From: Eubacteriales bacterium
Lineage (GTDB): Bacteria; Bacillota; Clostridia; Oscillospirales; JAAYXM01
NCBI GenBank assembly: GCA_045537045.1
Contig: JAZSOS010000049.1
Location: forward strand, 18,143-82,142
Length of the DNA: 64,000 bases
Reading direction: 5' to 3'
This document shows, piece after piece, positions 1-10,651 of the stretch (within the stretch, counting starts at the first letter, position 1; each line of letters starts with the position of its first letter). The position numbers were made by a program, and so were the translations under genes. The notes beneath the pieces were generated by a model. It was given only the letters and a program-made list of their open reading frames with translations, did not search any database and was not told the DNA's origin.

Positions 1-2054
1 CAAGCGCTGATTTTGACGAAGACGGCAAGGCAATTGATACCGGAACCTACAACATCAAGGCAACCGTAACAGCTCCGGGTTACAACACATGGGAAAAAGA
101 GGCTGTTCTCACGATTGAGCCAAAGGAAGTTACCGTAACGGGACTTGTTGCAGCAAACAAGACCTATGACGGAACAAACGCTGCAACAATCTCCGGCGGT
201 GCGCTTTCCGGCAAGGTTGAGGGTGACGACCTCGGCGTTATGGAATATCCGACCGCAGGTACGTTTGAGCAGACTGATGCCGGCAACAATCTCGAAGTAA
301 CCTTTGCTGATATCGTGCTCGATGGTGCGGATAAGGCAAACTACACGCTCACGCAGCCGACTCTTTCAGCAAACATTGAAAAGGTTGCAATCACCGTAAC
401 CGGAAAGAGCTATCCAATCAAGGCGGGCGCAGAGCTTCCGGATCTTGCAGAAGCTTTCGAAATCACATCAGGTGCGCTTGTTGGTGAGGACACCTTCTCA
501 GGCTCTGTCGCAACTGATGCAGATAATAATACAGAGGGTACATATAAGATTACGCAGGGTACTCTTGCACTCAGCGCGAACTATGATCTCACATTCGTTG
601 ACGGCGAAATCGTTGTAAGCCTTAAAACTCCGCAGAACATAACGGTCTCCGAAGCTCCGGCAAAGACCTACGGCGATGAGGGCTTTACTATTGAGGTAAC
701 ACCGGACGAAGCTTCAGGACTTGATACATTCACTTTCACAAGTTCTGATGAAAATGTTGCAACCGTTACTGCAGAAGGCGTTGTAACAATCGTTGGTGCA
801 GGTGAGGTAACAATCACCGTAGCACAGGCAGGTGACGAAGAATATGCTGCAAAGGAAATTCCGGTAGCATTTACCGTTGCACAGAAGGAAGTAACCGTAG
901 AGGCAATAGACCTCGACGAGAAGACAGCAACGCTTGTCGGAGTCCTCGAGGCAGACCTTGAAGATGTTGAGGCAGACTTTAGCAAGGTTGCTCTTGAAAT
1001 AATCCCCGAAGAGGGCGAGGAGCCGGCAGAGGACGAAGAACCCGTTGTTCCGACAACTGCAACCGCAAAGGTAACAGGTCTTGCGCTCAAGGGCGATAAG
1101 GCTGCAAACTACAAGCTTGCAGATGCGGAAATCGAAGCAGAAGTTTCTCTTGAAAATGTTGTAACGGTCGAAATCACAGCAACAAACGGAACTGTTACGG
1201 GTGACGGCACATATCTTATTGGTGCTGATGTAACAGTAACCGCAACGGCTAACGAAGGCTATAACTTCTCCGGCTGGTATGTTGAAGATGAAAAGGTATC
1301 GGAAGATGGTGAATATACCTTCACGGCAGATGAAAGTATTGCACTTGAAGCCAAGTTTACAAAGAAGCCGTCTCAGACTATCGGCGGCGGTGGCGGCGGA
1401 CTCTCCGCAGGCGGAGATAAGTCCAACGCAGGTGCTGACAAGCTCGGCAATGAGGATAAGGAAGAGACAACTGCTCCCGAAGAAACACCGGTTGTGACAC
1501 CGTCCGCTCCGGCAGGAAGCTTTGCTGACCTTGGTAACTACTCTTGGGCAGCAGATGCAATCACAAACCTCGTTGACAAGGGTATCATCAAGGGTACAAG
1601 CGCAACAACTTACTCACCGGCAAACAACATCATCCGCGCAGACTTTGTTGCTCTCGTTGTACGTATGTTCAACCTCACAAGCGCAGATACAGCAAACTTC
1701 GCAGATGTTGATGCATCCGATTACTTTGCAGCAGAGCTTGCAATCGCAAGAAACAGCGGTATTGTTGGCGGCATCGGCGATAACAAGTTCGCACCGCGCG
1801 GCAACATCACACGTCAGGATATGATGGTAATGCTTTACCGTGCAATGCAGAAGCTCGGAATCGAACTTAACGGAACACAGGCAACTGACGTTTCCGATAT
1901 GGACACTGTTTCTGAGTATGCAAAGGAAGCTGTTGAAACACTTATGGCTAACGGCATAATCAACGGCAAGAACGGCAAGATTGACCCAGAGGCATCGGCA
2001 ACACGTGCAGAGGTTGCAGTAATGCTTAACCGCGTTCTCGATCTTGTAAAATAA
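1..2054 (+). CDS. Cell-surface protein, 5' end outside the window. Repeated YDG/MBG-like and Ig-like modules, a Gly-rich linker and three C-terminal SLH repeats.
   Basis: The frame of the 240..2054 ORF stays open back to nt 3 (...KEVTVTGLVAANKTYDGTNAATISGG...), so the ATG at 240 is internal. The C-terminus has SLH-type repeats (FADLGNYSWAADAITNLVDKGIIKG, FADVDASDYFAAELAIARNSGIVGG). Confidence 0.8.
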   Translation, partial: SADFDEDGKAIDTGTYNIKATVTAPGYNTWEKEAVLTIEPKEVTVTGLVAANKTYDGTNAATISGGALSGKVEGDDLGVMEYPTAGTFEQTDAGNNLEVTFADIVLDGADKANYTLTQPTLSANIEKVAITVTGKSYPIKAGAELPDLAEAFEITSGALVGEDTFSGSVATDADNNTEGTYKITQGTLALSANYDLTFVDGEIVVSLKTPQNITVSEAPAKTYGDEGFTIEVTPDEASGLDTFTFTSSDENVATVTAEGVVTIVGAGEVTITVAQAGDEEYAAKEIPVAFTVAQKEVTVEAIDLDEKTATLVGVLEADLEDVEADFSKVALEIIPEEGEEPAEDEEPVVPTTATAKVTGLALKGDKAANYKLADAEIEAEVSLENVVTVEITATNGTVTGDGTYLIGADVTVTATANEGYNFSGWYVEDEKVSEDGEYTFTADESIALEAKFTKKPSQTIGGGGGGLSAGGDKSNAGADKLGNEDKEETTAPEETPVVTPSAPAGSFADLGNYSWAADAITNLVDKGIIKGTSATTYSPANNIIRADFVALVVRMFNLTSADTANFADVDASDYFAAELAIARNSGIVGGIGDNKFAPRGNITRQDMMVMLYRAMQKLGIELNGTQATDVSDMDTVSEYAKEAVETLMANGIINGKNGKIDPEASATRAEVAVMLNRVLDLVK

Positions 2055-2068
2055 CCCAATAAACATAA

Positions 2069-2098
2069 TATGCCTCGCGGCATTTGCCGCGGGGCATA
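2069..2098. terminator. Hairpin between convergent genes (13-bp stem, loop ATTT), probably a bidirectional terminator
   Basis: TATGCCTCGCGGC-ATTT-GCCGCGGGGCATA followed by AGTTTT. It lies between the stop at 2054 (+) and the stop at 2108 (-). Confidence 0.6.
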
Positions 2099-2107
2099 AG
2101 TTTTGTC

Positions 2108-3178
2108 TTACATCTCTCTGTTCTCAATTGCGTTGATGCCGTATCTTACGGCAAGCAGAATTCTTTCTCTTTCTTCCTCGTCTGCGCTCTCGTCAAGAAG
2201 CGCCTTCATTTTGGTAAGGAAAACACCGCGAAGTGTATCCTCACCGAGACCCTCCCATATATTGCGCGGAGGAACAGTTTTGTCCATTATTTCAAGCTCG
2301 GCGTATTTCGGAGAGAGCTTTTCATACAGTGCGTCAACGTCGGGGGGAACGCATTCTCCGGTAAGCGTAAGGCGCAGGTGAACCCGACCAACAGGGCAGG
2401 GAAGTGCGTTTTCAACGTCAACGCAGTCGGTAAGGTTAAGTGAAATTTCTTGGTAGCTCACATCGGAAACTGAGCGGCGATTAAGCGTGACATTGCCGTT
2501 TTCTATCGTGACGATACAAAAACCGCTGTCGTAGCATTCGCCAAAGTCGTGAGCTTCAAGACAACCGCAGTATGCATAATGCGTTTTTTTTGCCTTCAAA
2601 AGCTCTGTCGGCTTATGGACGTGAGCGAGCGCAACGTAAGCCGCTCCACTTGCGGCAATTTCGTCTGATGAGACAGGGCTGTAACCGTCGGTGTAGAGGT
2701 TTGAGTGCAGAGCCAGAATGTCTGTGCATTCATCGTCCGGGACGCTGAATCTGTCAAGAATGCGTCCGTCGTAAACCTCGCTGCTGTATGCCGCACCCCA
2801 TATGCGCACATCTTTTTCGGGAAGTTTCACATATGACAAAGTATCCTCAGTGAAGATATGTACGTTATCGGGGAAAGAAAGCGTCCTGTATGGAGAATTC
2901 GGTGTATACGGGTCGTGGTTGCCGGGAGTGATGAAAACAGGCATTTTTGCGCGCTTTAAATCCCGCAGAAAGCTTTCTGCAGTTTCGGGACGTATGGGAT
3001 ATGAATCAAAAACATCACCGGCAAGAATCATCGCATCGACATTCTCTGCATTTGCAATATCAATCACCCTTGAGAAAAGCTCCCGAGATTCGGAACGGCG
3101 AGCACGTGCTTCGTCCGGAGAAAGGGAAGTGAACGCGCTATCTAAATGTATGTCACCGGTGTGGAGAATTTTAAGCAT
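2108..3178 (-). CDS. Metallophosphoesterase, SbcD/YhaO-like DNA repair exonuclease family
   Basis: N-terminus MLKILHTGDIHLD plus the GDVFD and GNHD motifs typical of calcineurin-like phosphoesterases. 356-aa ORF. Confidence 0.7.
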   Translation of the reverse strand: MLKILHTGDIHLDSAFTSLSPDEARARRSESRELFSRVIDIANAENVDAMILAGDVFDSYPIRPETAESFLRDLKRAKMPVFITPGNHDPYTPNSPYRTLSFPDNVHIFTEDTLSYVKLPEKDVRIWGAAYSSEVYDGRILDRFSVPDDECTDILALHSNLYTDGYSPVSSDEIAASGAAYVALAHVHKPTELLKAKKTHYAYCGCLEAHDFGECYDSGFCIVTIENGNVTLNRRSVSDVSYQEISLNLTDCVDVENALPCPVGRVHLRLTLTGECVPPDVDALYEKLSPKYAELEIMDKTVPPRNIWEGLGEDTLRGVFLTKMKALLDESADEEERERILLAVRYGINAIENREM

Positions 3179-3185
3179 AGTGTAT

Positions 3186-3965
3186 CTATCCTTTCAGAAC
3201 GGTGTTTATGCGCTCGACGGAGATGCATTTTCCGTTATCGTCAATATCAAAGCACGCGCCGTTTATCATTGCAAAACCCTCGGCTTCCGCGAAACGCTCG
3301 GGAACGGAGCCGAGAAAGGATTTAAGCGATGTTTCGGGAGAACAGCCTATAACGGAACTGTATGGACCGGTCATTCCGAGGTCGCATATAAATCCCGTTC
3401 CGCCCGGGAGAATTTTCTCATCCGCGGTCTGGACGTGGGTGTGCGTACCCCACACAGCCGAAAGACGTCCGTCAGCGTAAAACCCGAACGCTTGTTTTTC
3501 GCTTGTTGCTTCAGCGTGAAAATCGCAGACGGCAAAATCGTATTTCCCGGCGCAGTCCGAGAGAATTTTGTCAAGCGCGAAAAAAGGATTGTCCGCGCCG
3601 AGCTGCATTCCGCACCGACCGATGAGATTTATAACGAGGGCGCGGCGACCGAATGCGTCAAAAATCCCGTAGCCACATCCGGGAGCATTACCCGGAACAT
3701 TATGCGGACGTAGCAGTGACGGTTCATTTTCGATATACGGTGCAATTCTGTTTTTGCCCCACATATGGTTACCGAGCGTGATTACATCCGCACCTGCGCG
3801 GAAAAGCATATCCGCGCTTTCGGGCAGAAGCCCCACCATATCTGCGTTTTCTCCGTTTATCACACAAAAGCGTGCGTTATATTCCTTTTTCAGTGCGTTT
3901 AAGTTGGTTTTGACAGCGTGTACTCCACTTTTGCCAACAACATCGCCTATTGCAAGAATTTTCAA
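3186..3965 (-). CDS. ymdB: YmdB-family metallophosphoesterase (2',3'-cyclic-nucleotide phosphodiesterase-like)
   Basis: MKILAIGDVVGKSG start and GNHMWG motif. It sits directly downstream of rny, as in other Firmicutes. Confidence 0.8.
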   Translation of the reverse strand: MKILAIGDVVGKSGVHAVKTNLNALKKEYNARFCVINGENADMVGLLPESADMLFRAGADVITLGNHMWGKNRIAPYIENEPSLLRPHNVPGNAPGCGYGIFDAFGRRALVINLIGRCGMQLGADNPFFALDKILSDCAGKYDFAVCDFHAEATSEKQAFGFYADGRLSAVWGTHTHVQTADEKILPGGTGFICDLGMTGPYSSVIGCSPETSLKSFLGSVPERFAEAEGFAMINGACFDIDDNGKCISVERINTVLKG

Positions 3966-4071
3966 TGAGTTTACCTCTTTCTGGAAAATAAATGTTTATG
4001 AAAAATAAGTGGTGTAATCTATATGATATTGTATCACAAATATCGGGATTACACCACAGTATTTTTAAATT

Positions 4072-5637
4072 TTATTTTGCGTAGTCGATAGCGCGCGTTT
4101 CACGGATAAGGTGAACCTTAATCTGACCGGGATATTCAAGGTCGTTTTCTATCTTCTTTGCAAGCTCGCGGGAGAGGAGAATGAGTTCATCGTCATTAAC
4201 CTCATCCGGCTTTACGATTATGCGGACCTCACGGCCTGCCTGGATTGCGTAAGAGCTTTCAACGCCCTTGAAGCTTGTTGCGATTTCTTCAAGCTTTTCA
4301 AGACGCTTGATGTAGTTCTCAAGGTTTTCGCGGCGTGCACCCGGGCGTGCGGCGCTGATTGCGTCTGCAGCCTGAACGATGCAGGCGATAACTGTTCGCG
4401 GTTCAACATCGCCGTGGTGCGCGTGGATCGCATGTATAACCTCTTCGTTTTCCTTGTACTTTTTCGCAAGGTCAACACCGATTGATACGTGTGAGCCTTC
4501 AACCTCGTGGTCAACGCTCTTTCCAAGGTCATGGAGAAGACCTGCACGCTTTGCGAGCATAACGTCAACGCCGAGTTCTGCAGCGAGAAGACCTGAGATA
4601 TGAGCAACCTCGATGGAGTGCTTGAGGACGTTCTGACCGTAGCTTGTACGGAAACGGAGACGACCGAGGAGTTTTACTATTTCAGGATTGAGTCCGTGAA
4701 CGCCGGTATCAAACGTTGCACGCTCACCTTCCTGCTTAATTACATGGTCAACATCACGGCGCGCCTTTTCAACCATTTCTTCGATTCTTGCCGGATGGAT
4801 GCGTCCGTCGGAGATAAGCTTCTCAAGAGAGAGGCGTGCGATCTCACGGCGAATCGGGTCAAAGCTTGAAAGTGTGATTGCCTCGGGGGTGTCGTCGATT
4901 ATAAGGTCAACACCCGTAAGGGTTTCAAGTGTTCTGATGTTGCGGCCTTCACGGCCGATGATGCGTCCCTTCATTTCGTCATTCGGAAGCGGAACGACGG
5001 AAACCGTTGCCTCGGCAACGTGGTCTGCTGCACACTTCTGAATTGCAAGGGAGATAAGATGACGAGCCTTTTCGTCTGCCTCATCCTTAAACTGTGCCTC
5101 TAAATCCTTAAGACGGACGGCATAGTCGTGGCGCACCTCAGATTCAAGATTCTGGATGAGATACTGCTTTGCTTCTTCGGCTGTATAGCCGGAAATTTTT
5201 TCGAGCATTTCAAGCTGACTGCGCTTTATCAGCTTAAGTTCTTCGTTGAGTGCATCGTTATCTTTGATTTTCTTTGAGAGAGTTGCGTCCTTCTGCTCTA
5301 TTGCCTCATGTTTTTTGTCGAGAGATTCTTCTCTCTGAACAACGCGGCGTTCCTGCTTCTGGAGCTCTGCGCGGCGATCCTTCATTTCACGGTCGAATTC
5401 CGTTCTGCTCTTGTGGATTTCTTCCTTTGCTTCAATAAGCATCTCGCGCTTTTTGTTTTCTGCTGTTTTGATGGAATCATTTACAATTCTTTTTGCTTCA
5501 TTCTCGGCACTTGAAATTGTTTTCTCTGCAACTTTTTTGCGGAACGTGATGCCGAGGATAAACGCAACAACTGCGAAAACGGCGACAACCGCCGCAATTA
5601 CGATCCATGCAATGGGGGAAAGTTCGGAAAAATTCAT
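4072..5637 (-). CDS. rny: Ribonuclease Y
   Basis: N-terminal TM helix, long coiled coil, KH region ([12 protein letters not shown]) and HD domain (LLHDLGK). 521 aa. Confidence 0.95.
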   Translation of the reverse strand: MNFSELSPIAWIVIAAVVAVFAVVAFILGITFRKKVAEKTISSAENEAKRIVNDSIKTAENKKREMLIEAKEEIHKSRTEFDREMKDRRAELQKQERRVVQREESLDKKHEAIEQKDATLSKKIKDNDALNEELKLIKRSQLEMLEKISGYTAEEAKQYLIQNLESEVRHDYAVRLKDLEAQFKDEADEKARHLISLAIQKCAADHVAEATVSVVPLPNDEMKGRIIGREGRNIRTLETLTGVDLIIDDTPEAITLSSFDPIRREIARLSLEKLISDGRIHPARIEEMVEKARRDVDHVIKQEGERATFDTGVHGLNPEIVKLLGRLRFRTSYGQNVLKHSIEVAHISGLLAAELGVDVMLAKRAGLLHDLGKSVDHEVEGSHVSIGVDLAKKYKENEEVIHAIHAHHGDVEPRTVIACIVQAADAISAARPGARRENLENYIKRLEKLEEIATSFKGVESSYAIQAGREVRIIVKPDEVNDDELILLSRELAKKIENDLEYPGQIKVHLIRETRAIDYAK

Positions 5638-5849
5638 GTTGGTGCATTACCTCCTTAGTCTGATGATTGTTTTTAACATTTTGTTTCAAATTAATTATGT
5701 AATAAATCAAGTTATTGTAAAAGTGAAAAAAATTTCACACAGCGCAATCAATAACAACGATATTATCCACTTATATATTTTAGATGTAAATTGTCAATAT
5801 GTCAAGTTTAATCGCGTGGATTTTTAAAAAAATTTCTGTTTTTTTATTC

Positions 5850-5878
5850 TTGACAATTTCGCGGTGTCGGGATAACAT
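5850..5878 (+). promoter_or_regulatory. Sigma-70-type promoter candidate (TTGACA-17-TAACAT)
   Basis: TTGACA at 5850..5855, a 17-nt spacer and TAACAT at 5873..5878. This favours the second ATG (5909, preceded by GGAGG) as the CDS start. Confidence 0.45.
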
Positions 5879-5908
5879 AAGAATAAGATGTATTTCGGAG
5901 GCGCAAAA

Positions 5909-6622
5909 ATGCTTGATGAACTCGGTATAAACGGATTTGTTATGGAACAAGATGAAAAATATTTAAAGCTCGGTACGGATGCGATGATACTTTCCGAGTT
6001 TGCACATATTAAAAAGAATGACCGCGTGTGTGACCTTGGCTGCGGGGCGGGTGCGGTTTCAATTCTGCTTGCGGCGCGGTATGAGAATATAGAGCTTTGC
6101 GGAGTTGAAATTGTGGAAGGCGCGGCGGAGCTTTGCCGTCGCAATATAGTATACAACAATATCGGAGACAGAATGACGGTGTATTGCGAGGACTTAAAAA
6201 ACGTGCGGAGTCTGTTTCCTGCCGGAAGCTTTGATGCCGTGGTGTCCAACCCTCCGTTTATGCAGTCGGGGGGAGGTCTGCATACCGAAAACGAAGAACT
6301 TCTCATCGCGAGAATGGAAATATGCTGTACCATAGACGATGTGTGCGCCGCGGCGGCGTATCTTCTCAAATTCGGCGGAAGCTTTTCTCTCGTTCATCGT
6401 CCGGCGCGCCTTGCCGATTTGTTTTATGCGATGAGTAAGCACAACCTTGCGCCGAAGCGTATGCGCCTGGTGCAGGATACTGTGACGGCAGAACCGTCTC
6501 TTGTGCTTATCGAGGCACGGAAGGGAGGAAAAAGCGGTATAAAGAATATGCCTGTACTTATCCTTAAAAATCCCGACGGTAGTGAGAGAGAAGAAACAAA
6601 GAGAATTTACCGGAGAAAATAA
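5909..6622 (+). CDS. SAM-dependent methyltransferase, tRNA (adenine-N6) TrmN6/YfiC-like
   Basis: SAM-binding DLGCGAG motif and NPPF catalytic motif (VVSNPPFMQ). The track ORF starts at 5888, but the ATG at 5909 has a GGAGG SD. Confidence 0.7.
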   Translation: MLDELGINGFVMEQDEKYLKLGTDAMILSEFAHIKKNDRVCDLGCGAGAVSILLAARYENIELCGVEIVEGAAELCRRNIVYNNIGDRMTVYCEDLKNVRSLFPAGSFDAVVSNPPFMQSGGGLHTENEELLIARMEICCTIDDVCAAAAYLLKFGGSFSLVHRPARLADLFYAMSKHNLAPKRMRLVQDTVTAEPSLVLIEARKGGKSGIKNMPVLILKNPDGSEREETKRIYRRK

Positions 6623-6829
6623 CGTTCGTTATTTTGACGGTTTTAAAAGAACGATTTTGTCTAAAATGACGAAATTGTTCTTTCTTTATTGGTTCTCGCC
6701 AAAAGAAATCCTTGCAAAACACACAAAATAGAGTTATAATAAATTTATGCAGTGAAAAAACGGACGCATATCCGTTTTTTTCGTATAAATTTGTATGGGT
6801 GGAATCTCACCCCGAAAGGAATGAAAAAA

Positions 6830-7540
6830 ATGAGAGTGCTTGCTGTCGGGTGTCATGCTGATGGCCTCGGGCTCAGCTGCGGCGGAACTCTTGCCCGTAT
6901 GGTTAAGGAAGGGTATGAAGTATACACCTGCCACGTTTGCAACGGCGATATGGGGCATGCTGTCATTATGCCGGAAGAGCTTAATGCAATGCGTACAAAG
7001 GAAGCGGAAAACGCCGGCGCTGTTCTCGGTGTAAAGAAGGTTTATAATGTCAATGTAGGAGATTGTATGATTTATGCGGATGATATCAATGCCCGCCGCG
7101 AAATGGTCAGAATTCTCCGCGAGGTCAAGCCTGATTTCATAATCACGCACGGACCGGATGACTATATGAACGATCACCTTCAGGTAAGCCAGCTTGTTTT
7201 TGAAACGAGCTTTACGGCAACCGTAGGACATATGTTCCCGGAAACGGGAGCACCTATGGGCGGTGTTGTTCCAATTTATTATATGGATAACCTTGCAGGA
7301 ACAAACTTTGTCCCCGAAATGTATGTTGATGTTACGGACTATATCGACCAAAAGCTTTCTGCGGTAGAGTGCCACGAAAGCCAGATAGTTTGGATGCGTG
7401 AACATGATAAGATTGACTTTATCGAGTTTGTAAGATCCTGCACGCGTGCGCGCGGACTTCAGTGCGGCGTTATGTATGCCGAGGGCTTTAAGACCTGTAA
7501 GGCACACCTTCGCCAGACAACAATTAGACATTTGCCGTAA
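6830..7540 (+). CDS. PIG-L/LmbE-family N-acetyl-sugar deacetylase
   Basis: [31 protein letters not shown]... resembles the PIG-L N-terminus (AHPDD-like HADG, then H..D). The track ORF starts at 6752. The ATG at 6830 or 6821 follows an AAAGGAA SD. Confidence 0.7.
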   Translation: MRVLAVGCHADGLGLSCGGTLARMVKEGYEVYTCHVCNGDMGHAVIMPEELNAMRTKEAENAGAVLGVKKVYNVNVGDCMIYADDINARREMVRILREVKPDFIITHGPDDYMNDHLQVSQLVFETSFTATVGHMFPETGAPMGGVVPIYYMDNLAGTNFVPEMYVDVTDYIDQKLSAVECHESQIVWMREHDKIDFIEFVRSCTRARGLQCGVMYAEGFKTCKAHLRQTTIRHLP

Positions 7541-7566
7541 GGCTTATTTTAAGGAGGATAAAAATT

Positions 7567-8514
7567 ATGGATTTCATTAGTACAGTAAAAGGCTCCCTTT
7601 TAGAGGGATTCTATCCGGCAGGCTGGGATTTCGAGAAGATTGACAAGTGCTGTTCCAATGCACCTGAGGCGATTTTCGAGCGCCAGAGCTTCTGGAACCC
7701 GGATTTTAAGCCGGTACAGTGTGACAACGTTGCGGAATTTGATATGATGATGGGCCACGAGATTGCAAACCAGATCAAAATGGCACGTGATGAAGGCATC
7801 AAGCTTGCAATGATTCTTCCGGCAGGCCCGATGGGTATGTACCGCTGGGCAGCATACTTCCTCAATGAGTGGGATGTAGACTGCTCTCACGTATACGGCT
7901 TTAACATGGACGAATGGTCTGATGCAGACGGTAACACACTCGACCCGTCCAACCCCGGTTCGTTTACATATGCAATGCGCGACGCATTCTATAGCAAGGT
8001 AAACAAGACTGTTCCGGAAAATCAGAGAAACTTCGCAACTAAGGAAAACCTTCCGACATATCCGGAAAAGATTGCGAAATTAAAGGCAGAGGGCGCACGC
8101 CTTATCACCACTTTTGGTATCGGACGTATGTGCCATATCGCATTCTGGGAGCCGCAGTTTGCAGCTGAGTTTGCGACAGAAGAAGAGTGGAAGAACCAGA
8201 TGTACCGCATCGGTGCAAAGCTTCACCCGCTCACAATTGAGCAGAATGCAATCACAAGCTTCAAGAGCCGCACAACTCTTGTTCCGTGCCGTGCAAACAC
8301 AATCGGCCCCGGTCTCTTCCTCCAGTCTGACCGCATCATCGGCGGCTGCGACGGTGCTCTTTCCCGCGGAATGCAGTGGCAGGGTATGTCTCTGTGGATG
8401 ACTCTCCGCTACGGTCCGACTCCGTGGATAACTTCTTCCTATATGCCCACTCTCGCAGGAAAGCTCTTCTTCCTTAAAGAGCTTGCAGGTCCGCTTGTTG
8501 CAGAGTGCAACTAA
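7567..8514 (+). CDS. NagB/6-phosphogluconolactonase-superfamily sugar-phosphate isomerase/deaminase-like protein
   Basis: Motifs in NagB order: [27 protein letters not shown] and a TIGPG segment. 315 aa. Confidence 0.6.
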   Translation: MDFISTVKGSLLEGFYPAGWDFEKIDKCCSNAPEAIFERQSFWNPDFKPVQCDNVAEFDMMMGHEIANQIKMARDEGIKLAMILPAGPMGMYRWAAYFLNEWDVDCSHVYGFNMDEWSDADGNTLDPSNPGSFTYAMRDAFYSKVNKTVPENQRNFATKENLPTYPEKIAKLKAEGARLITTFGIGRMCHIAFWEPQFAAEFATEEEWKNQMYRIGAKLHPLTIEQNAITSFKSRTTLVPCRANTIGPGLFLQSDRIIGGCDGALSRGMQWQGMSLWMTLRYGPTPWITSSYMPTLAGKLFFLKELAGPLVAECN

Positions 8515-8540
8515 TTGATATTTAAGTGAGGTAACATATA

Positions 8541-9581
8541 ATGAAAAAAGTAAGATGGGGAGTTATCGGCGCCGGCGGTATTGCAGACAGACGTACTCTT
8601 CCGGGCATGATGCTTTCCGATGAGGCAGAGCTTATTGCTGTTATGGAAATCAACGGTGAGCTTGCAGAAAAGCTTCGTGTAAAATACGGCGCAAAGCGCG
8701 CTTACACAGACCACAAGGCACTTCTCGCAGATCCCGAGGTTGATGTTGTTTACATCGCATCACCGGTTAACTGCCATAAGGAGCAGGCTATTGATGCCGC
8801 TCGCGCAAAGAAGGATATCCTTCTTGAGAAGCCGATTTGCCTTGACATTGCAGACGGTGAAGAAGTTCTCCGTGTTTGCGAAGAAGAGGGCGTAAAGATT
8901 GCAACAGGATTCCTTATGCGCTTCCACGCAATCAACTCAAAAATCCGCGAGATTGTTCAGTCCGGTCAGATTGGTCAGATTATCAATTGCCGTGCTCAGT
9001 TTAGCTGCTGGTATCCGGAAATTCCGGGCGCATGGCGTCAGGTAAAGGCTCTCTCAGGTGGCGGCGCACTCATGGATATGGGTGTTCACTGCATCGACCT
9101 TCTCCACTTCATCACAGGCTCAAAGGCAAAGCGTGTTGCATCCTTCTGCAAGACCAACACCTTCTCCTATGAGGTTGAGGATCAGGCTTCTCTTATGATG
9201 GAGCTTGAAAACGGTGCTGTTGCATATGTTGAGTCAAACTTCAACATTCCGGATGCAGTGCCAAGTAAGCTTGAAATCTACGGTACAGCAGGTTCAATCG
9301 TTGCTTACGGCACTCTTTCTCAGGAAGAGGGCGGAACAATTGATGTTATTGCCGCTGACAGCTCTCTCGGCTATGACGCACAGCAGACGAGAAACGAAGT
9401 CAAGAAGATGGAAGTCCAGGTTGAGTTCGGTAACATGTATACCAAGGAACTTGACAGCTTCGGTCGCTCACACCGCGACGGTGCTCCGGTTGAAGTTCCG
9501 GCAGCAGATGCAATTTATGCTCAGCGCGTAATTCAGGCTGCATACGAGTCTTCAGAGACAGGCAAGTTTGTAGAGCTTTAA
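8541..9581 (+). CDS. Gfo/Idh/MocA-family NAD(P)-dependent oxidoreductase
   Basis: N-terminal Rossmann motif VRWGVIGAGGIA and the family EKP motif (LLEKP). 346 aa. Confidence 0.85.
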   Translation: MKKVRWGVIGAGGIADRRTLPGMMLSDEAELIAVMEINGELAEKLRVKYGAKRAYTDHKALLADPEVDVVYIASPVNCHKEQAIDAARAKKDILLEKPICLDIADGEEVLRVCEEEGVKIATGFLMRFHAINSKIREIVQSGQIGQIINCRAQFSCWYPEIPGAWRQVKALSGGGALMDMGVHCIDLLHFITGSKAKRVASFCKTNTFSYEVEDQASLMMELENGAVAYVESNFNIPDAVPSKLEIYGTAGSIVAYGTLSQEEGGTIDVIAADSSLGYDAQQTRNEVKKMEVQVEFGNMYTKELDSFGRSHRDGAPVEVPAADAIYAQRVIQAAYESSETGKFVEL

Positions 9582-9673
9582 TCTTCAGGCAAGGTAAAAA
9601 ACTTTGCAACTAAAAAAGTTTTTTGCTCTCCGACATAAAATCAGGACTGTAATTTCAATATTGCACCAATAAG

Positions 9674-9710
9674 AAACAGCGCAAAAGTTAATTTTACTTT
9701 TGCGCTGTTT
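9674..9710. terminator. 15-bp stem hairpin between convergent genes (bidirectional terminator)
   Basis: AAACAGCGCAAAAGT-TAATTTT-ACTTTTGCGCTGTTT, with an A-run on the left and a T-run on the right. Confidence 0.7.
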
Positions 9711-9748
9711 TACTCATAATATAGTTTGCTGTGTGTAGTTTATGCACT

Positions 9749-10564
9749 TTACATACCGAATATATGCTTTATCGCGTGTGTTATGCCGAACTCGTCGTTT
9801 GAAAGCGTAACAAAATCGCAAATTTCCTTTATTTGCTCTTCTGCATTGCCCATAGCAACGGAAAAGCCGGCGGTGCGAAGCATAGTTTCGTCGTTCATGC
9901 TGTCGCCAAACGCAGCAATTTCACTAACCGGTATACCGAGCTTTTCGGCAAGGACTTTTATTCCGTTTCCCTTTGTTGTGTTATCGGGCATTATATCTAT
10001 CAGATTCTTGCCGGACGATACAATGGTGAGCGTGTTTTCTTCATTGAATCTCCGCTCAAATTCAGGAATGCGCGCAGTGTCGTCGTGGATGAGAATTTTC
10101 ACAATGTTTGAAAAAGCGTTTTTTGCCGGATACTGCGAGGCTTCGCGGATGGGAATCTTGAACTCTTGCGGAGCAGTTTCGTTATACGCCATAAAAAACT
10201 TTACCCGTTCGCTTGAGTATGCGTGGTAGACATATTCTGGAGTGTAGAAGAGATAGTCAATACCTTCCGTGTTTGCGGTATCAATTATCCGCTTTGCATC
10301 TTCTGCGCGTAATAATTTCCGGTGCAGAACCTCTCCCGTAGTGATATTTATTATCTGCCCGCCGTTGCAGGTGATGACCGGATCTGCAACGCCGAGAGAA
10401 TGAACATACTCACGTATTTGTAAATCCGAGCGACCGGTGGCAATGATGATTTTTACGCCCTTTTCGCTTAAGTTTCTGAGCGTTTTTTTGTCGGTATCCG
10501 AAATTACGTTTTCGGATGTCAGAAGCGTACCGTCAAGGTCAAATACGCAACAGCTGATTTTCAT
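9749..10564 (-). CDS. Cof-type HAD-IIB family hydrolase (sugar phosphatase-like)
   Basis: CVFDLDGTLL motif I, TGR motif II and a GDSMND motif near the C-terminus. 271 aa. Confidence 0.85.
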   Translation of the reverse strand: MKISCCVFDLDGTLLTSENVISDTDKKTLRNLSEKGVKIIIATGRSDLQIREYVHSLGVADPVITCNGGQIINITTGEVLHRKLLRAEDAKRIIDTANTEGIDYLFYTPEYVYHAYSSERVKFFMAYNETAPQEFKIPIREASQYPAKNAFSNIVKILIHDDTARIPEFERRFNEENTLTIVSSGKNLIDIMPDNTTKGNGIKVLAEKLGIPVSEIAAFGDSMNDETMLRTAGFSVAMGNAEEQIKEICDFVTLSNDEFGITHAIKHIFGM

Positions 10565-10651
10565 CTTCCATACCTCTTAACTTTTCAATTTTCGCTCTTA
10601 TCTTTTATATTATATGCAATCCCCGCCGTCAGGCGAGGATTAAAGAACAGT

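Noticed and set aside
1381-1400. GGC/GGT-rich tandem tracts (also 19141..19170) as possible repeats or a CRISPR-like array
   Set aside because: They are in-frame poly-glycine linkers inside surface-protein genes. No spaced direct-repeat array exists in the window.
6734-7531. 265-aa minus-strand ORF opposite the PIG-L deacetylase gene. Similar long antisense ORFs occur at 668..1090, 5824..6369, 11210..11923, 12896..13651, 44430..45215, 47530..48105, 49610..50431, 57318..58118 and 58957..59772.
   Set aside because: Each lies fully antisense to an ORF with clear family motifs. The products are low-complexity or Cys/Arg/Ser-rich with no motif or SD. They are typical shadow ORFs.
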